Shown here: in pieces, positions 18,283 through 28,516 of the stretch
How positions within the stretch are numbered: the first letter of the stretch is position 1
Layout of the letters: every line of letters starts with the position of its first letter
Assembly (NCBI GenBank): GCA_036268355.1
Contig: DATAUG010000261.1
Span: 9,092 to 73,091 of the forward strand
Direction of reading: 5' to 3'
DNA: 64,000 nucleotides
From: Sporichthyaceae bacterium
GTDB lineage: Bacteria; Actinomycetota; Actinomycetes; Sporichthyales; Sporichthyaceae
Program-made: the position numbers and the translations under genes
Notes under the pieces: generated by a model
Told to the model about the DNA's origin: nothing
Seen by the model: only the letters and a program-made list of their open reading frames with translations
Database searches by the model: none

Positions 18283-18565
18283 GAGGATGTCTCACGTGGC
18301 GCTGACCTACTGCGGCGCGGCCCCGACGCCGCCCGGCTGCGACGCGAAGCGCTACCTCATCAACCACGCACGGACAGGGGGCGTCGTCGTCGCCGATACA
18401 ACCCCGGTATCGGCTCCTCCTCCGCCTTGCCGGATCGACGCCGGTGCTGCACCTCGCTACACGCGATTGAGGCGAGGGCAGCGAGCGCTTGCGCTCGCTG
18501 CCGAGCCGCTTGAGCGTGTTGACGAGCGAAGCGAGGATCACGGCCGGCCACGTAAGACACCCTCT
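18282..18565 (+). repeat. MITE/REP-like palindromic element, copy B (longest form, 284 bp)
   Basis: Left end AGAGGATGTCTCACGTGGC starts on the last base of the TAA stop of the FMN reductase gene. Right end GGCCACGTAAGACACCCTCT stops 17 nt before the TTG start of the next gene. The interior contains the module shared with copy C plus extra segments, including an 11-bp-stem hairpin at 18477..18502. Confidence 0.8.
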
Positions 18566-18582
18566 AAGGGGGACTGACTCGC

Positions 18583-19383
18583 TTGGGCCTGTCACTTGCT
18601 GAGCTGCGTCGCGATCTGCGGGAGGAGAGCGCCGCGCTGCTGGCCCTGGTGCGGCCGCTGACCGAGTCGCAGTGGCGGACCGACACCCCCGCCGACGGCT
18701 GGACGGTCGCCGACCAGGTGAGCCACCTGGCCTACTTCGACGAGGCGGCGACCCTGGCCGCGTTCGACCCGGACCGGTTCAACCTCGATGCCGCGCTGCT
18801 GATGGAGAGCGGACTGGACTTCCCGGACCGGCTGGCACTGGAGTTCCGGGAGCTGACGGGCCGTCAGGTACTGGCCTGGTTCGAGCGCGTGCGCGCGGAA
18901 CTGATCGAACGCACAGCGACGTCCGAGTTGTCGATCCGGGTGCCCTGGTACGGGCCGTCGATGAGCATGGCCTCGTTGCTGACCGCGCGGTTGATGGAGA
19001 CCTGGGCGCACGGCCAGGACGTCGCCGATGCGCTGGGGCTGCAACCGGAGCCGACCGCACGCCTGCGCCACGTGGCCCACATCGGGATCGGCGCCCGCCC
19101 CTTCAGCTACCGGGTACGCGGGCTCGAGGTGCCGACCGTCCCGATCCGCATCGAGCTGTCCGCGCCGGACGGCGCGTTGTGGACCTGGGGCCCGGCCGAC
19201 GCGGCGGATCAGGTGATCGGCGATGCCTTCGAGTTCTGTCGGGTGGTGACACAGCGGCAGCATCTGGCCGACACTTCCTTGCGGGTCCTCGGCGACGACG
19301 CCCAGGGTTGGATGCAGATAGCGCAGGCCTTCGCGGGCGCGCCCGGACCGGGGCGCCCGGCCCGGGCGGAACAGGTGGCGTAG
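18583..19383 (+). CDS. TIGR03084-type mycothiol-dependent maleylpyruvate isomerase family metal-binding protein
   Basis: 266 aa with GWTVADQVSHLAYFDEAA, PWYGPSMSMASLLTARLMETWAHGQDVADALG and RLRHVAHIG, as I recall for TIGR03084. TTG start. Confidence 0.75.
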   Translation: MGLSLAELRRDLREESAALLALVRPLTESQWRTDTPADGWTVADQVSHLAYFDEAATLAAFDPDRFNLDAALLMESGLDFPDRLALEFRELTGRQVLAWFERVRAELIERTATSELSIRVPWYGPSMSMASLLTARLMETWAHGQDVADALGLQPEPTARLRHVAHIGIGARPFSYRVRGLEVPTVPIRIELSAPDGALWTWGPADAADQVIGDAFEFCRVVTQRQHLADTSLRVLGDDAQGWMQIAQAFAGAPGPGRPARAEQVA

Positions 19384-20550
19384 ATGGATTTCCTCCAGTC
19401 TCCGGAGCACCGCGACCTGCGGGCCGCGGTTGCCTCGATCGCCGGCCATTTCGGTGGGGCGTACTACGTCGAGCACGCCGAGTCCGGCACCCCGACCACC
19501 GAGCTGTGGGCCCAGATGGGCAAGGCCGGGTTCATCGGGGTCAACGTGCCCGCCGAGTACGGCGGCGGCGGGGGCGGCCTGGTCGAGCTGGCGATCGTCT
19601 GTGAGGAGTTGGGCGCCGCGGGTTGCCCGTTGCTGTTGCTGGTGGTGTCCGCCGCGATCAGCGTCGAGGTGATCGCCAAGTACGGCTCACCCGAGATGCG
19701 CGAGGAATTCCTGTCCGGCCTGGCCACCGGTGAACGCAAGATCGTGTTCGCGATCACCGAGCCGGACGCGGGTTCGAACAGCCGCAACATCAGCACGACG
19801 GCGCAGCGAGTATCAGGTGTGGGCGAGGGCGACCACTGGGTGTTGCGCGGCACCAAGTACTACATCTCCGGGATCGACGAGGCCGACCAGGTGCTGGTGG
19901 TCGCCCGTACCGGCACCGACGCCTCGGGCCAGGGCCTGCTGTCGCTCTTCCTGGTCGACACCGACGCTCCGGGGCTGACGGCGAACGCCCTGCCGGTCGG
20001 CATCCGCCTGCCGGACAAGCAGTTCACCCTGTTCTTCGACGACGTACGGGTTCCCGCGTCCCGGCTGATCGGCGTCGAGCACGAGGGCTTCAAACAGGTC
20101 TTCCACGGGCTGAACCCGGAGCGAATCACCGGCGCGGCGCTCTGCGTCGGCGTCGGCCGGTACGCCCTGGACAAGGCGGCGCGCTACGCCAACGAGCGAT
20201 CGGTGTGGGGCCGACCGATCGGCGCGCACCAAGGCGTGGCGCACCCGCTCGCGGCGGCCAAGGTAGAGGTGGAACTGGCGGGCCTGATGACCGCCAAGGC
20301 GGCCTGGCTGCACGACGCCGGGCTGCCCGCCGGATCGTGCGCGAACATGGCCAAGTACGCCGCCGCGGAGGCCGGCCTCGCCGCCGTCGACGCCGCGATC
20401 CAGACCCACGGCGGCAACGGGTTCAGCACCGAGTTCGGCCTGATCCCGTACTGGGGGATGGCCCGCCTGCTGCGCGTGGCCCCGGTCAACCGCGAGATGA
20501 TCCTCAACCATGTCGCGCAGCACGACCTCGGACTGCCCAAGTCCTACTGA
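19384..20550 (+). CDS. Acyl-CoA dehydrogenase
   Basis: 388 aa with FAITEPDAGSNS, a GTKYYISG-type middle domain and a C-terminal QTHGGNGFSTEFGL..YWGMARL. Confidence 0.9.
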   Translation: MDFLQSPEHRDLRAAVASIAGHFGGAYYVEHAESGTPTTELWAQMGKAGFIGVNVPAEYGGGGGGLVELAIVCEELGAAGCPLLLLVVSAAISVEVIAKYGSPEMREEFLSGLATGERKIVFAITEPDAGSNSRNISTTAQRVSGVGEGDHWVLRGTKYYISGIDEADQVLVVARTGTDASGQGLLSLFLVDTDAPGLTANALPVGIRLPDKQFTLFFDDVRVPASRLIGVEHEGFKQVFHGLNPERITGAALCVGVGRYALDKAARYANERSVWGRPIGAHQGVAHPLAAAKVEVELAGLMTAKAAWLHDAGLPAGSCANMAKYAAAEAGLAAVDAAIQTHGGNGFSTEFGLIPYWGMARLLRVAPVNREMILNHVAQHDLGLPKSY

Positions 20551-20580
20551 CGCCCCGGGCGCCGCCGCCGTTGTCAGAGC

Positions 20581-20620
20581 GTCCGAAGAAGCGAGCGCTG
20601 TAGCGACCGCTTCTTCGGAC
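20581..20620 (+). terminator. Stem-loop after the acyl-CoA dehydrogenase gene (13-bp stem)
   Basis: GTCCGAAGAAGCG-(14 nt)-CGCTTCTTCGGAC, 30 nt after the stop. No U-tract, as is common in actinobacteria. Confidence 0.45.
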
Positions 20621-20626
20621 GCAACG

Positions 20627-21052
20627 GTGCCGGTGCCGAGTTCGGTCGGGGTCTCGGCGCGCATGGCGCGGCAGGCCCGCGTTGACACCGCCCCCGAGGT
20701 GGCGCTGCGCCGGGCCCTGCACCGGGCAGGCCTGCGCTACCGGGTCGGGTTCCCCGTGCCGGGGATGCGTCGGCGCACCATCGACGTCGCGTTCACCCGG
20801 GCTCGGGTGGCGGTGTTCGTCGATGGTTGCTTCTGGCACTGCTGCCCGCAGCACGCCACCCAGCCGGCCGCCAACGCCGGTTGGTGGGCCGACAAGTTGG
20901 CCGGGAACGTGGCGCGCGACGCGGCCACCACGGCTCATCTGGAGGCGCTGGGCTGGCGGGTCGTGCGGGTCTGGGAGCACGACTCGACGCAGACCGCCGC
21001 GCAGGCCGTGCTGGCAGCGGTGCACGATCGGGCACCGGAAGGCCCTCGCTAG
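20627..21052 (+). CDS. vsr: Very short patch repair endonuclease
   Basis: Motifs [39 protein letters not shown]...N..RD and GW.V.RVWEH. GTG 20627 chosen so the Vsr N-terminal region is included (ATG 20663 would truncate it). The ORF-track start at 20510 overlaps the previous gene. Confidence 0.85.
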   Translation: MPVPSSVGVSARMARQARVDTAPEVALRRALHRAGLRYRVGFPVPGMRRRTIDVAFTRARVAVFVDGCFWHCCPQHATQPAANAGWWADKLAGNVARDAATTAHLEALGWRVVRVWEHDSTQTAAQAVLAAVHDRAPEGPR

Positions 21053-21098
21053 CCTCATGGGGCAAGGGCAGGTCACGGCGACGGGGAGGGCGCTCGAC

Positions 21099-23114
21099 AT
21101 GACCTCGGTGGAGAATGGGGCATCGGTCCCGGCGGCAAATCTGAGCAGGCGTCAGATCAACGTGATCTTCGTGACGATCCTGCTCGGAATCCTCGTCTCG
21201 GCGCTCGACCAGACCATCGTCTCCACCGCCCTGCCGACGATCGTGGGGGATCTGGGTGGGCGGGGCCACGTCTCCTGGGTGGTCACCTCCTACATCCTCA
21301 CCGACACGATCGCCACCGTGCTGGCCGGTCGGTTGGGCGACCTGTTCGGCCGTAAGGTTGTCTTCCAGGCCTCGACGATCATCTTCCTGGCCGGGTCCGC
21401 GCTGTCCGGGCTGGCCTCCTCGATGGGCACGCTCATCGCCTGGCGCGCCGTGCAGGGCATCGGGGCGGGCGGGTTGACCGTGACCGCGACCGCGCTCATC
21501 GGCGACGTCATCCCGCTGCGCGAACGCGGGAAGTACCAGGGCGCGATGGGCGCGACCTTCGGCGTCACGACCGTGGTCGGCCCCTTGCTGGGCGGGTTGT
21601 TCACCGACCATCTGTCCTGGCGCTGGGCGTTCTACGTGAACCTGCCGATCGGTGCGGTCGTGGTGCTGCTGGCGCAGACCACGCTGCCCGGGATCACCGT
21701 GAAGGTCCGGCCGGTGATCGACTACCTGGGTACCGCGCTGGTCTCGGTCGCGGCCGGCGGCGTGGTGGTGGCCACCAGCCTCGGCGGGACCACCTACGCC
21801 TGGACGTCCCCGACGATCCTGGGCCTCTATGCGGCCTCCGTGATCGGTGCCGTGGGTTTCGTGATCGCCGAGTCCCGGGCCGCGGAGCCCATGCTCCCCT
21901 TGCGACTGTTCGCCGACCCGGTCTTCTCGGTGATCCAGGTGCTGGCGTTCGTGGTCGGGTTCGCGATGCTCGGTGCGATCACATTCCTGCCGTCCTACCT
22001 TCAGTACGTCAAGGGGGTCGACGCGACCACCTCGGGGTTGCGGACCCTGCCGATGGTCGCGGGGCTGCTGGTGACCTCGATCGCCACCGGCGTAGCGGTC
22101 AGCCGCACCGGGCGCTACAAGATCTTCCCGTTGGTCGGGTTCGCGGTGATGACGCTCGGACTGTGGTTGCTGTCCACGCTTACTCCGGGCACCGGCTATC
22201 CAGCGATGGCCGTGGCAATGCTCGTGCTCGGCCTGGGCATCGGGTTGTCGATGCAGGTGCTCACGTTGGTCGTGCAGAACACCACGCAGTACTCCGACCT
22301 CGGCACCGCCACCAGCGCGGTCACGTTCTTCCGCACGCTGGGCAGCTCGGTGGGCACCGCGGTGTTCGGGGCGCTCTACGCCAACGCGCTGGCGCCCCGG
22401 CTGAGCGCCGCGCTGGCGGCGTCCAAGGGTCTGAACCCGGCGACCATCTCGACCCCGAAGGCCTTGCACGCGCACCCGCCGGCGTTGATCGCCAAGGTGA
22501 TCGCCGCCTACTCCGACACGCTCCACGTGGTGTTCCTCTGGGCGGTCCCGGTTGCGGCGGTCGCGTTCGTGATTGCCCTGTTCCTCAAGGAGGTGCCGCT
22601 GCGCGGCCTCGCGCGCGCGGAGGCGACCAACATGGGCAGTGGCTTCGGGCTGCCGGACGGCGACTCGATGCAACAGTTGGAAAGTGCGCTGGCGAAGCTT
22701 TTGAAGGCCGAGGGGGCGGCGCAACTGCCCGCGCTACGCGTGGAGTCCCGCACGGCGATGAACGAGTCCGACACCTGGTGCGTCCTCCAGGTCCGGATCC
22801 GGCGGCAGATCGGTCAGATCGCGGACATCGGCCGGATCGCCGGCTATTTCGGCGTGCCCCCCGCGGTGCTGCTGCCGGCGTTCGACAACGCGATCAAGGA
22901 CGGCTACCTGGCGGGTCCGGCGCACGACATGGCGCTGACCCCGCGGGGCGCCGAGGAGGCCGACAAGGTCCGCGCCGCCTGGCGGCGCTGGATCGTCGCC
23001 CGACTGGCCCCGCTGGGCGCCGACGACCCGGCGACCCTGGAGCACGCCCTGGACCACCTGGCCCGGGTCACGTTCGCCGAACCCGCGGTCCCCGCCGAGC
23101 TCTTCCGAAACTGA
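21099..23114 (+). CDS. MFS transporter (DHA2/EmrB-QacA type, 14-TMS) with a ~170-aa cytoplasmic C-terminal wHTH/MarR-like extension
   Basis: ATG 21099 after [31 protein letters not shown] and many TM segments. The C-terminus (..[46 protein letters not shown]..) looks like a winged helix. Confidence 0.85.
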   Translation: MTSVENGASVPAANLSRRQINVIFVTILLGILVSALDQTIVSTALPTIVGDLGGRGHVSWVVTSYILTDTIATVLAGRLGDLFGRKVVFQASTIIFLAGSALSGLASSMGTLIAWRAVQGIGAGGLTVTATALIGDVIPLRERGKYQGAMGATFGVTTVVGPLLGGLFTDHLSWRWAFYVNLPIGAVVVLLAQTTLPGITVKVRPVIDYLGTALVSVAAGGVVVATSLGGTTYAWTSPTILGLYAASVIGAVGFVIAESRAAEPMLPLRLFADPVFSVIQVLAFVVGFAMLGAITFLPSYLQYVKGVDATTSGLRTLPMVAGLLVTSIATGVAVSRTGRYKIFPLVGFAVMTLGLWLLSTLTPGTGYPAMAVAMLVLGLGIGLSMQVLTLVVQNTTQYSDLGTATSAVTFFRTLGSSVGTAVFGALYANALAPRLSAALAASKGLNPATISTPKALHAHPPALIAKVIAAYSDTLHVVFLWAVPVAAVAFVIALFLKEVPLRGLARAEATNMGSGFGLPDGDSMQQLESALAKLLKAEGAAQLPALRVESRTAMNESDTWCVLQVRIRRQIGQIADIGRIAGYFGVPPAVLLPAFDNAIKDGYLAGPAHDMALTPRGAEEADKVRAAWRRWIVARLAPLGADDPATLEHALDHLARVTFAEPAVPAELFRN

Positions 23115-23178
23115 GGGAGCGCATCGGTCGTTCGACGTCGTCCGCCCCGCAGCCCGGCCCGAATCGGACGAACGGATG

Positions 23179-23646
23179 TCACCCTTTCGGGTTCGGGGGA
23201 GCGGGTCGGGTGGGCTGTGCTCCGATGGGGAGTCCCTTGTGCAGGCGCACGACAGTGCCGTCCGGGCCGCTCTCGATCACGGCGCGATCCATCAGATGCT
23301 CCATCAGATCCCTGCCCCGGCCGCGGTTTCCGCGGTCCAGCGGCTCCTTCCAGACCCCGCTGTCGGCGATCACGACCTCGACGCTGCCCGCGGTCATCGT
23401 GGCCTGCAGTTCGACCACTCCCGGCGCGCCGCCCGCATAGGCATGCTCCAACGCGTTCGTGCATGCCTCGCTCGCGGCGACCAGGACCTCGTGGATCCAG
23501 TCCTCATCGGCGCCGGCGGCAAGCAGCCAGTCGTGCAGGGCGCGACGGGTCGGGGAGAGGCTGCGCGGTCCCTCCCCGAGTACGCTGCGGAACGGCCCGG
23601 GGTCGGCCGGCACGCTGCGTTCGGCTGTCGGTTCGATGGTCGTCAA
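23179..23646 (-). CDS. ATP-binding protein of the anti-sigma-factor Ser-kinase type (RsbW/SpoIIAB-like HATPase_c)
   Basis: [16 protein letters not shown] (N-box-like), VEVVIADSG and [15 protein letters not shown] 23646 overlaps the meaB TGA (TTGA); the alternative is GTG 23613. The rest of ORF 23179..23883 overlaps meaB. Confidence 0.7.
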   Translation of the reverse strand: MTTIEPTAERSVPADPGPFRSVLGEGPRSLSPTRRALHDWLLAAGADEDWIHEVLVAASEACTNALEHAYAGGAPGVVELQATMTAGSVEVVIADSGVWKEPLDRGNRGRGRDLMEHLMDRAVIESGPDGTVVRLHKGLPIGAQPTRPAPPNPKG

Positions 23647-24623
23647 CCGTCCAGGAATTCGGCAACGATGCGGTCTGCCGCGTGACTGGGGGAGATCTGG
23701 GCGGCCCGGACCTGTTCCGACAACTCGGCACCCAGCTTGCGCGCCGCGGGCGACTCGTGCAGCCGACGGTCGAGTTCGTCCCGGACGGTCGCCCACATCC
23801 AGTCGACGCGCTGCTGCTGCTGACGCCGCGTCAGACCGCCACTGGCGTTCAGATGCGCGAGATGGCGGTCCAGCGCCTCCCACACCTCCTCCAGCCCGGC
23901 ACCGGTCAACCCGCTGCAGGTGAGCACCGGCGCGGTCCAGCCGGTCTCGTCGTGGCCGAGCAGGCGCATCGTGCCGGACAGCTCCCGGGCGGCGGCGCGG
24001 GCGTCGGCCTCGCCGTCGCCGTCGGCCTTGTTGACCGCGACCACGTCGGCCAACTCCAGGACGCCCTTCTTGATGCCCTGCAGGGCATCCCCGGTGCGCG
24101 CCAACGCCAGCAGCAGGAACGAATCGGTCAACTGCGCCACGGTGGTCTCCGACTGCCCGACGCCGACGGTCTCCACCAACAGGGTGTCGTATCCGGCTGC
24201 GGCAAGCACGGTCATCCCTGAGCGCGTCGCGCGGGCGACTCCGCCGAGCGCGCCCGCGGTCGGCGACGGGCGGATGAACGCGTTGGGATCGACCGCCAAC
24301 CGAGTCATCCGGGTCTTGTCGCCGAGGATGCTCCCGCCGCTGCGGGCCGAGGACGGGTCCACGGCGAGCACGGCCACCCGATGGCCGCGTCCGGTGAGCA
24401 TCGTGCCCAGCGCATCGATGAACGTGGACTTGCCCGCGCCCGGGACGCCGCTGATGCCGACGCGTCGGGCGTCGCCGGCCCGGGGTGCGAGTTGGTCGAG
24501 TAGTTCGGCCGCCGCGGCGCGGTGATCGGCGCGGGTCGACTCGACCAACGTGATCGCGCGCCCGATCGCGGCCCGCGAGCCCGCCAACACCTCATCGACC
24601 AGCCCGCCGATGTCCATCGTCAT
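23643..24623 (-). CDS. meaB: Methylmalonyl-CoA mutase-associated G3E GTPase (MeaB/ArgK)
   Basis: [19 protein letters not shown]-loop, [20 protein letters not shown] and VNKADG. ATG 24623 taken as the start. The ORF-track extension to 24782 is made of the 36-bp tandem repeats (see findings). Confidence 0.88.
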   Translation of the reverse strand: MTMDIGGLVDEVLAGSRAAIGRAITLVESTRADHRAAAAELLDQLAPRAGDARRVGISGVPGAGKSTFIDALGTMLTGRGHRVAVLAVDPSSARSGGSILGDKTRMTRLAVDPNAFIRPSPTAGALGGVARATRSGMTVLAAAGYDTLLVETVGVGQSETTVAQLTDSFLLLALARTGDALQGIKKGVLELADVVAVNKADGDGEADARAAARELSGTMRLLGHDETGWTAPVLTCSGLTGAGLEEVWEALDRHLAHLNASGGLTRRQQQQRVDWMWATVRDELDRRLHESPAARKLGAELSEQVRAAQISPSHAADRIVAEFLDG

Positions 24624-24627
24624 CGCA

Positions 24628-24771
24628 GCGCCGCCGCCGTGCTCATGGGGTGACACCCCGTACGCGCCGCCGCCGCGCTGATGGGGTGACACCCCGTACG
24701 CGCCGCCGCCGTGCTGATGGGGTGACACCCCGTACGCGCCGCCGCCGTGCTCATGGGGTGACACCCCGTAC
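24628..24771. repeat. 4 x 36-bp tandem repeat, each unit containing the 13-bp palindrome GGGGTGACACCCC
   Basis: Units 24628-24663, 24664-24699, 24700-24735 and 24736-24771 differ at only 3 positions. Palindromes start at 24647, 24683, 24719 and 24755. An inverted partial copy GTGTCACCCCGTG at 24817-24829 overlaps the mutB stop. Confidence 0.95.
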
Positions 24772-24819
24772 GTAGGCGACAAGCAGGCAAAACGCTCACG
24801 ATTTGGAGCCCAACGTGTG

Positions 24820-27000
24820 TCACCCCGTGGTGCTGTGCAGAGCGTTGATGAGCTCCAACGCTGCGTCGGGGATGACGGTCCCGGGGGTGAACACCAGGGC
24901 CGCCCCGGCCTCGTGCAACGGGGCGACGTCGGCGGGTGGGATGACCCCGCCGACCACCACCATCACGCCGCCGCCCCCGGCCTGCGCCAGCGCGCTCTTC
25001 AGCGCGGGCACCAGGGTCATGTGGCCCGCGGCCAACGAGGACACCCCGACGATGTGCACGTCGGCCTCGACGGCCTGCCGGGCGACTTCCTCCGGCGTCG
25101 AGAACAGCGGGCCCACATCGACGTCGAACCCGAGGTCGGCGAACGCCGTGGCGACGACCTTCTGGCCCCGGTCGTGCCCGTCCTGGCCCATCTTGGCGAT
25201 CAGGATGCGTGGCCGCCGGCCGTGCGCCCGCTCGAACTCCGCCGCCGCCGCCCGGACCGCGGCGACCTTCGGGTTGTCGCCGGCCTCCGCGCGATACACG
25301 CCGGTGATCGTACGGATCGCACCGGAGTAGCGGCCGAAGACCGCCTCCATCGCATCCGACATCTCCCCGACGGTGGCATGCGCGCGGGCGGCCTCGATGG
25401 ATCGGGCCAGCAGGTTGTCCGCCTCGCCCTGCGGGTTGCGCGCGGCTTCGGTCAACGCGGCCAGCGCAGCCTGGCATGACGCCTCGTCACGTTCCGCCCG
25501 AAGCCGCTTCAGCTTCGCAATCTGCGCCTCGCGGACCACCCGGTTGTCGACCGCGCGTACCTCGATCTCACTGTCGCCGCCGGCGACCCGGAAGCGGTTG
25601 ACCCCGATCACGGTCTGGGTGCCGGAGTCGATGCGCGCCTGGGTGCGGGCCGCGGCCTCCTCGACCCGCATCTTGGGGATGCCCGCCTCGATCGCCTTGG
25701 CCATGCCGCCGGCAGCCTCCACCTCCTCGATGCGGGCCCATGCCCGGTGGGCCAACTCGTGGGTGAGCCGCTCGACGTAGGCACTGCCGCCCCACGGGTC
25801 GATCACCCGGCAGGTCCCCGACTCGAGCTGCAGCAGCAGTTGGGTGTTGCGGGCGATCCGCGCCGAGAAGTCGGTCGGCAGCGCGAGCGCCTCGTCAAGC
25901 GCGTTGGTGTGCAGCGACTGCGTGTGCCCCTGGGTTGCGGCCATCGCCTCGACGCAGGTGCGCACCACATTGTTGAACACGTCCTGCGCGGTCAGCGACC
26001 AGCCCGAGGTCTGACAATGGGTGCGCAGCGACAACGACTTCTCCGACTTGGCGCCCTGCGATTTCACGATCTGCGCCCACAGCAGGCGGCCCGCCCGCAT
26101 CTTGGCGACCTCCATGAAGAAGTTCATCCCGATCGCCCAGAAGAACGACAGCCGCGGGGCGAACACATCGATGTGCAGCCCCGAGCCGACACCGGCGCGC
26201 AGGTACTCCAGCCCGTCGGCCAGCGTGTAGGCCAGCTCCAGGTCGGCGGTCGCCCCGGCCTCCTGCATGTGATAGCCGGAGATCGAGATCGAGTTGAACT
26301 TCGGCATGTGCGCCGAGGTGAACCCGAAGATGTCGGAGATGATCCGCATCGACGGCGCGGGCGGGTAGATGTAGGTGTTGCGGACCATGAACTCCTTGAG
26401 GATGTCGTTCTGGATGGTCCCGGTCAGCGCCTCCGGCTTGACCCCCTGTTCCTCGGCGGCGACCACATACAGCGCCAGGATCGGCAGCACGGCGCCGTTC
26501 ATGGTCATCGAGACGCTCATCTTGTCCAACGGGATGCCGTCGAACAGTTGGCGCATGTCCAGGATCGAGTCGATCGCGACACCGGCCATCCCGACGTCGC
26601 CGGTGACCCGGGGGTGGTCGGAGTCGTAGCCGCGGTGGGTCGGCAGGTCGAAAGCGATCGACAGCCCTTTCTGACCTGCCGCCAGATTCCTGCGGTAGAA
26701 GGCGTTCGACTCCGCCGCGGTGGAGAACCCGGCGTACTGGCGGATCGTCCACGGCTGGTTGACGTACATGGTCGGGTACGGGCCGCGCAGGAACGGCGCG
26801 ATGCCCGGCATCGTCTGCAGGAAGTCCACCTCGCGCAGGTCGCCCTCGGTGTAGAGCGGGGCGACCTCGATGCCCTCCGGGGTCGCCCAGGACGCCTCGG
26901 CCGGCGTCCGGCCGGTCTGCGCCTGGAATTCTGAGGACCAGTCAGTTCCCTCGCCTGTCGTGGGCTCGGCCAACGCCACTGTGCTGAAGTCGGGGATCAT
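24820..27000 (-). CDS. mutB: Methylmalonyl-CoA mutase large (catalytic, B12-binding) subunit
   Basis: 726 aa with [20 protein letters not shown] and a C-terminal B12-binding DGHDRG ... GVSSLAAGH. Confidence 0.95.
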   Translation of the reverse strand: MIPDFSTVALAEPTTGEGTDWSSEFQAQTGRTPAEASWATPEGIEVAPLYTEGDLREVDFLQTMPGIAPFLRGPYPTMYVNQPWTIRQYAGFSTAAESNAFYRRNLAAGQKGLSIAFDLPTHRGYDSDHPRVTGDVGMAGVAIDSILDMRQLFDGIPLDKMSVSMTMNGAVLPILALYVVAAEEQGVKPEALTGTIQNDILKEFMVRNTYIYPPAPSMRIISDIFGFTSAHMPKFNSISISGYHMQEAGATADLELAYTLADGLEYLRAGVGSGLHIDVFAPRLSFFWAIGMNFFMEVAKMRAGRLLWAQIVKSQGAKSEKSLSLRTHCQTSGWSLTAQDVFNNVVRTCVEAMAATQGHTQSLHTNALDEALALPTDFSARIARNTQLLLQLESGTCRVIDPWGGSAYVERLTHELAHRAWARIEEVEAAGGMAKAIEAGIPKMRVEEAAARTQARIDSGTQTVIGVNRFRVAGGDSEIEVRAVDNRVVREAQIAKLKRLRAERDEASCQAALAALTEAARNPQGEADNLLARSIEAARAHATVGEMSDAMEAVFGRYSGAIRTITGVYRAEAGDNPKVAAVRAAAAEFERAHGRRPRILIAKMGQDGHDRGQKVVATAFADLGFDVDVGPLFSTPEEVARQAVEADVHIVGVSSLAAGHMTLVPALKSALAQAGGGGVMVVVGGVIPPADVAPLHEAGAALVFTPGTVIPDAALELINALHSTTG

Positions 27001-28451
27001 TCGGTGCCCTTCGCCAGCTCCGCCTCCCAGCGGATCCGCGGCAGTCCACCGCCCACCGGTTCGGGCAACTCGGACCGATCAAGCAGTTTCTCATCGGCGA
27101 TCGGGTACTTGGTGACCCCGACGATCGACTCGGTGCCCGCGGCGAGGGCCGCGAGATGAGCCTCGCGGGCGGCAGCGATTCGGTCGGCCACCCACCCGCT
27201 GCGCAGCGCGGCCACGATGCCGCCGGTCGCCTCGACCTCGGTGAACACCTGCCAGGCCGCTCGGGCCATGGCCTCGGTGAGCGACTCCACGTACCAGGCG
27301 CCGCCGGCCGGGTCCAGCACCGCGGTCATGTGCGACTCCTCGACCAGCAGCGTCGGGGTGTTGCGGGCGATCCGCCGGGCCAGGGCATCCGAGCGGCCCA
27401 GTGCGGCGTCGAACGGCCGCACGGTGATCGTGTCGGCGTCACCGACGCAGGCACCGAAGCAGGCCAGGGTCGCGCGCAGCATGTTGTTCCACGGATCGTG
27501 CCGGGTCATCATCGGCCACGACGTCACGACGTGCTGGCGCTGCCCGGCGCTGGGCCCGGACTCCCCGCACACCTGCGCCACCCGGGCCCAGGTTCGCCGC
27601 GCCGCCCGCAGCTTCGCGATCGTGGCGAACTGGTCGGCGGTGGCGGCCAGGCGGAACTCGAGCTGGCCCAAGGCGCTGCGCAGGTCCAGGCCCACCTCGA
27701 CCAGCGTGCGCAGCGCGGCCACCCCTGCGGCGAGGGCGAGTCCGAGTTCCTGGGCGTCGGTGGCGCCCGCGTCGTGATGGACGAGGCCGTCCACCGCGAC
27801 CGCGCGCAGGTTCGGCCAGGACAGGGCGACCCGAGGCGCCAGCCGGGCCACCGCGGCGGTCAGTTCGGCCGCCGCGGCGTCGTCGGCGGTCCGCGCCAGC
27901 GTGCCGACCGGGTCCAGTCCCAGGCAGCCGCTAACCGTGTGGCCGTCGTACCCACGAGCGACGGCGAGCGTGAGCAACATTTCGGCGGCCACGCCGCCGT
28001 CGACGCCGGAGTCCAGACTGATCCCGGCGACGTCCAACAGGACGTCGGACAGCACGCCGGACAGGTCCGCGACAGCGGTCGCGCCCGGGCCGACAGCCAA
28101 CCAGAGCGAGGTGGCGCCCCCCGCCAGATCGTCGATGATCTGCTCGGCCGCAACCTTGGCGTCCGGGTCGGCGACCTGGGCCCGCACGTCCCAGCCGACG
28201 ATGTTCCCGGCCGCGGTCCGGCCACGGGTGAACGGCGCCGCGCCCGGCAGGCCGGTCGGCGGCGGCGCGGAGGCGGCGGTGTACAGCGGGGCGATCTCGA
28301 CCTGGTCGGCGGTTCGTGAGGTCAATGCCGCCACCGCGGACGCGGCATCCGCAGCGGCGGTCCCCGAGCGCGCCAGCACCTTGGCCACCAGCGCCTGCCA
28401 CTGCTCGAGCGTGGCCGTCGGGAATTGGGCGCCCAGCGTCAATTGCTGCAC
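26997..28451 (-). CDS. mutA: Methylmalonyl-CoA mutase small subunit
   Basis: 484 aa, mutase-like but lacking the B12 DxHxxG motif. ATGA overlap with the mutB start (26997-27000). Confidence 0.88.
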   Translation of the reverse strand: MQQLTLGAQFPTATLEQWQALVAKVLARSGTAAADAASAVAALTSRTADQVEIAPLYTAASAPPPTGLPGAAPFTRGRTAAGNIVGWDVRAQVADPDAKVAAEQIIDDLAGGATSLWLAVGPGATAVADLSGVLSDVLLDVAGISLDSGVDGGVAAEMLLTLAVARGYDGHTVSGCLGLDPVGTLARTADDAAAAELTAAVARLAPRVALSWPNLRAVAVDGLVHHDAGATDAQELGLALAAGVAALRTLVEVGLDLRSALGQLEFRLAATADQFATIAKLRAARRTWARVAQVCGESGPSAGQRQHVVTSWPMMTRHDPWNNMLRATLACFGACVGDADTITVRPFDAALGRSDALARRIARNTPTLLVEESHMTAVLDPAGGAWYVESLTEAMARAAWQVFTEVEATGGIVAALRSGWVADRIAAAREAHLAALAAGTESIVGVTKYPIADEKLLDRSELPEPVGGGLPRIRWEAELAKGTE

Positions 28452-28516
28452 CCGAACAGGCTATACCGACCGGTAACCACATCGGGAAGCGCTCCGGTGA
28501 CACCGGAGCGCGCGGC

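Noticed and set aside
18360-18560. Small Arg-rich ORFs inside element copies B and C (shared ..QHRRRSGKAEEEP[I/M]PGLYRRRR..)
   Set aside because: The shared peptide is simply the translation of the shared repeat DNA. The starts fall inside the inverted ends, there is no SD, and the composition is not protein-like. A coding role cannot be fully excluded without genome-wide copies.
20793-22724. 643-aa minus-strand ORF antisense to the MFS transporter, and similarly 44331..46022, 41590..43284, 9007..10812, 11248..12999 and 25747..26934
   Set aside because: Each lies opposite a gene with strong family motifs. Their translations are Arg/Gly/His/Asp-rich without motifs, so they are GC-frame artefacts.
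24628-24771. CRISPR array
   Set aside because: The units are directly abutting 36-bp repeats with no unique spacers, and no cas genes are present.
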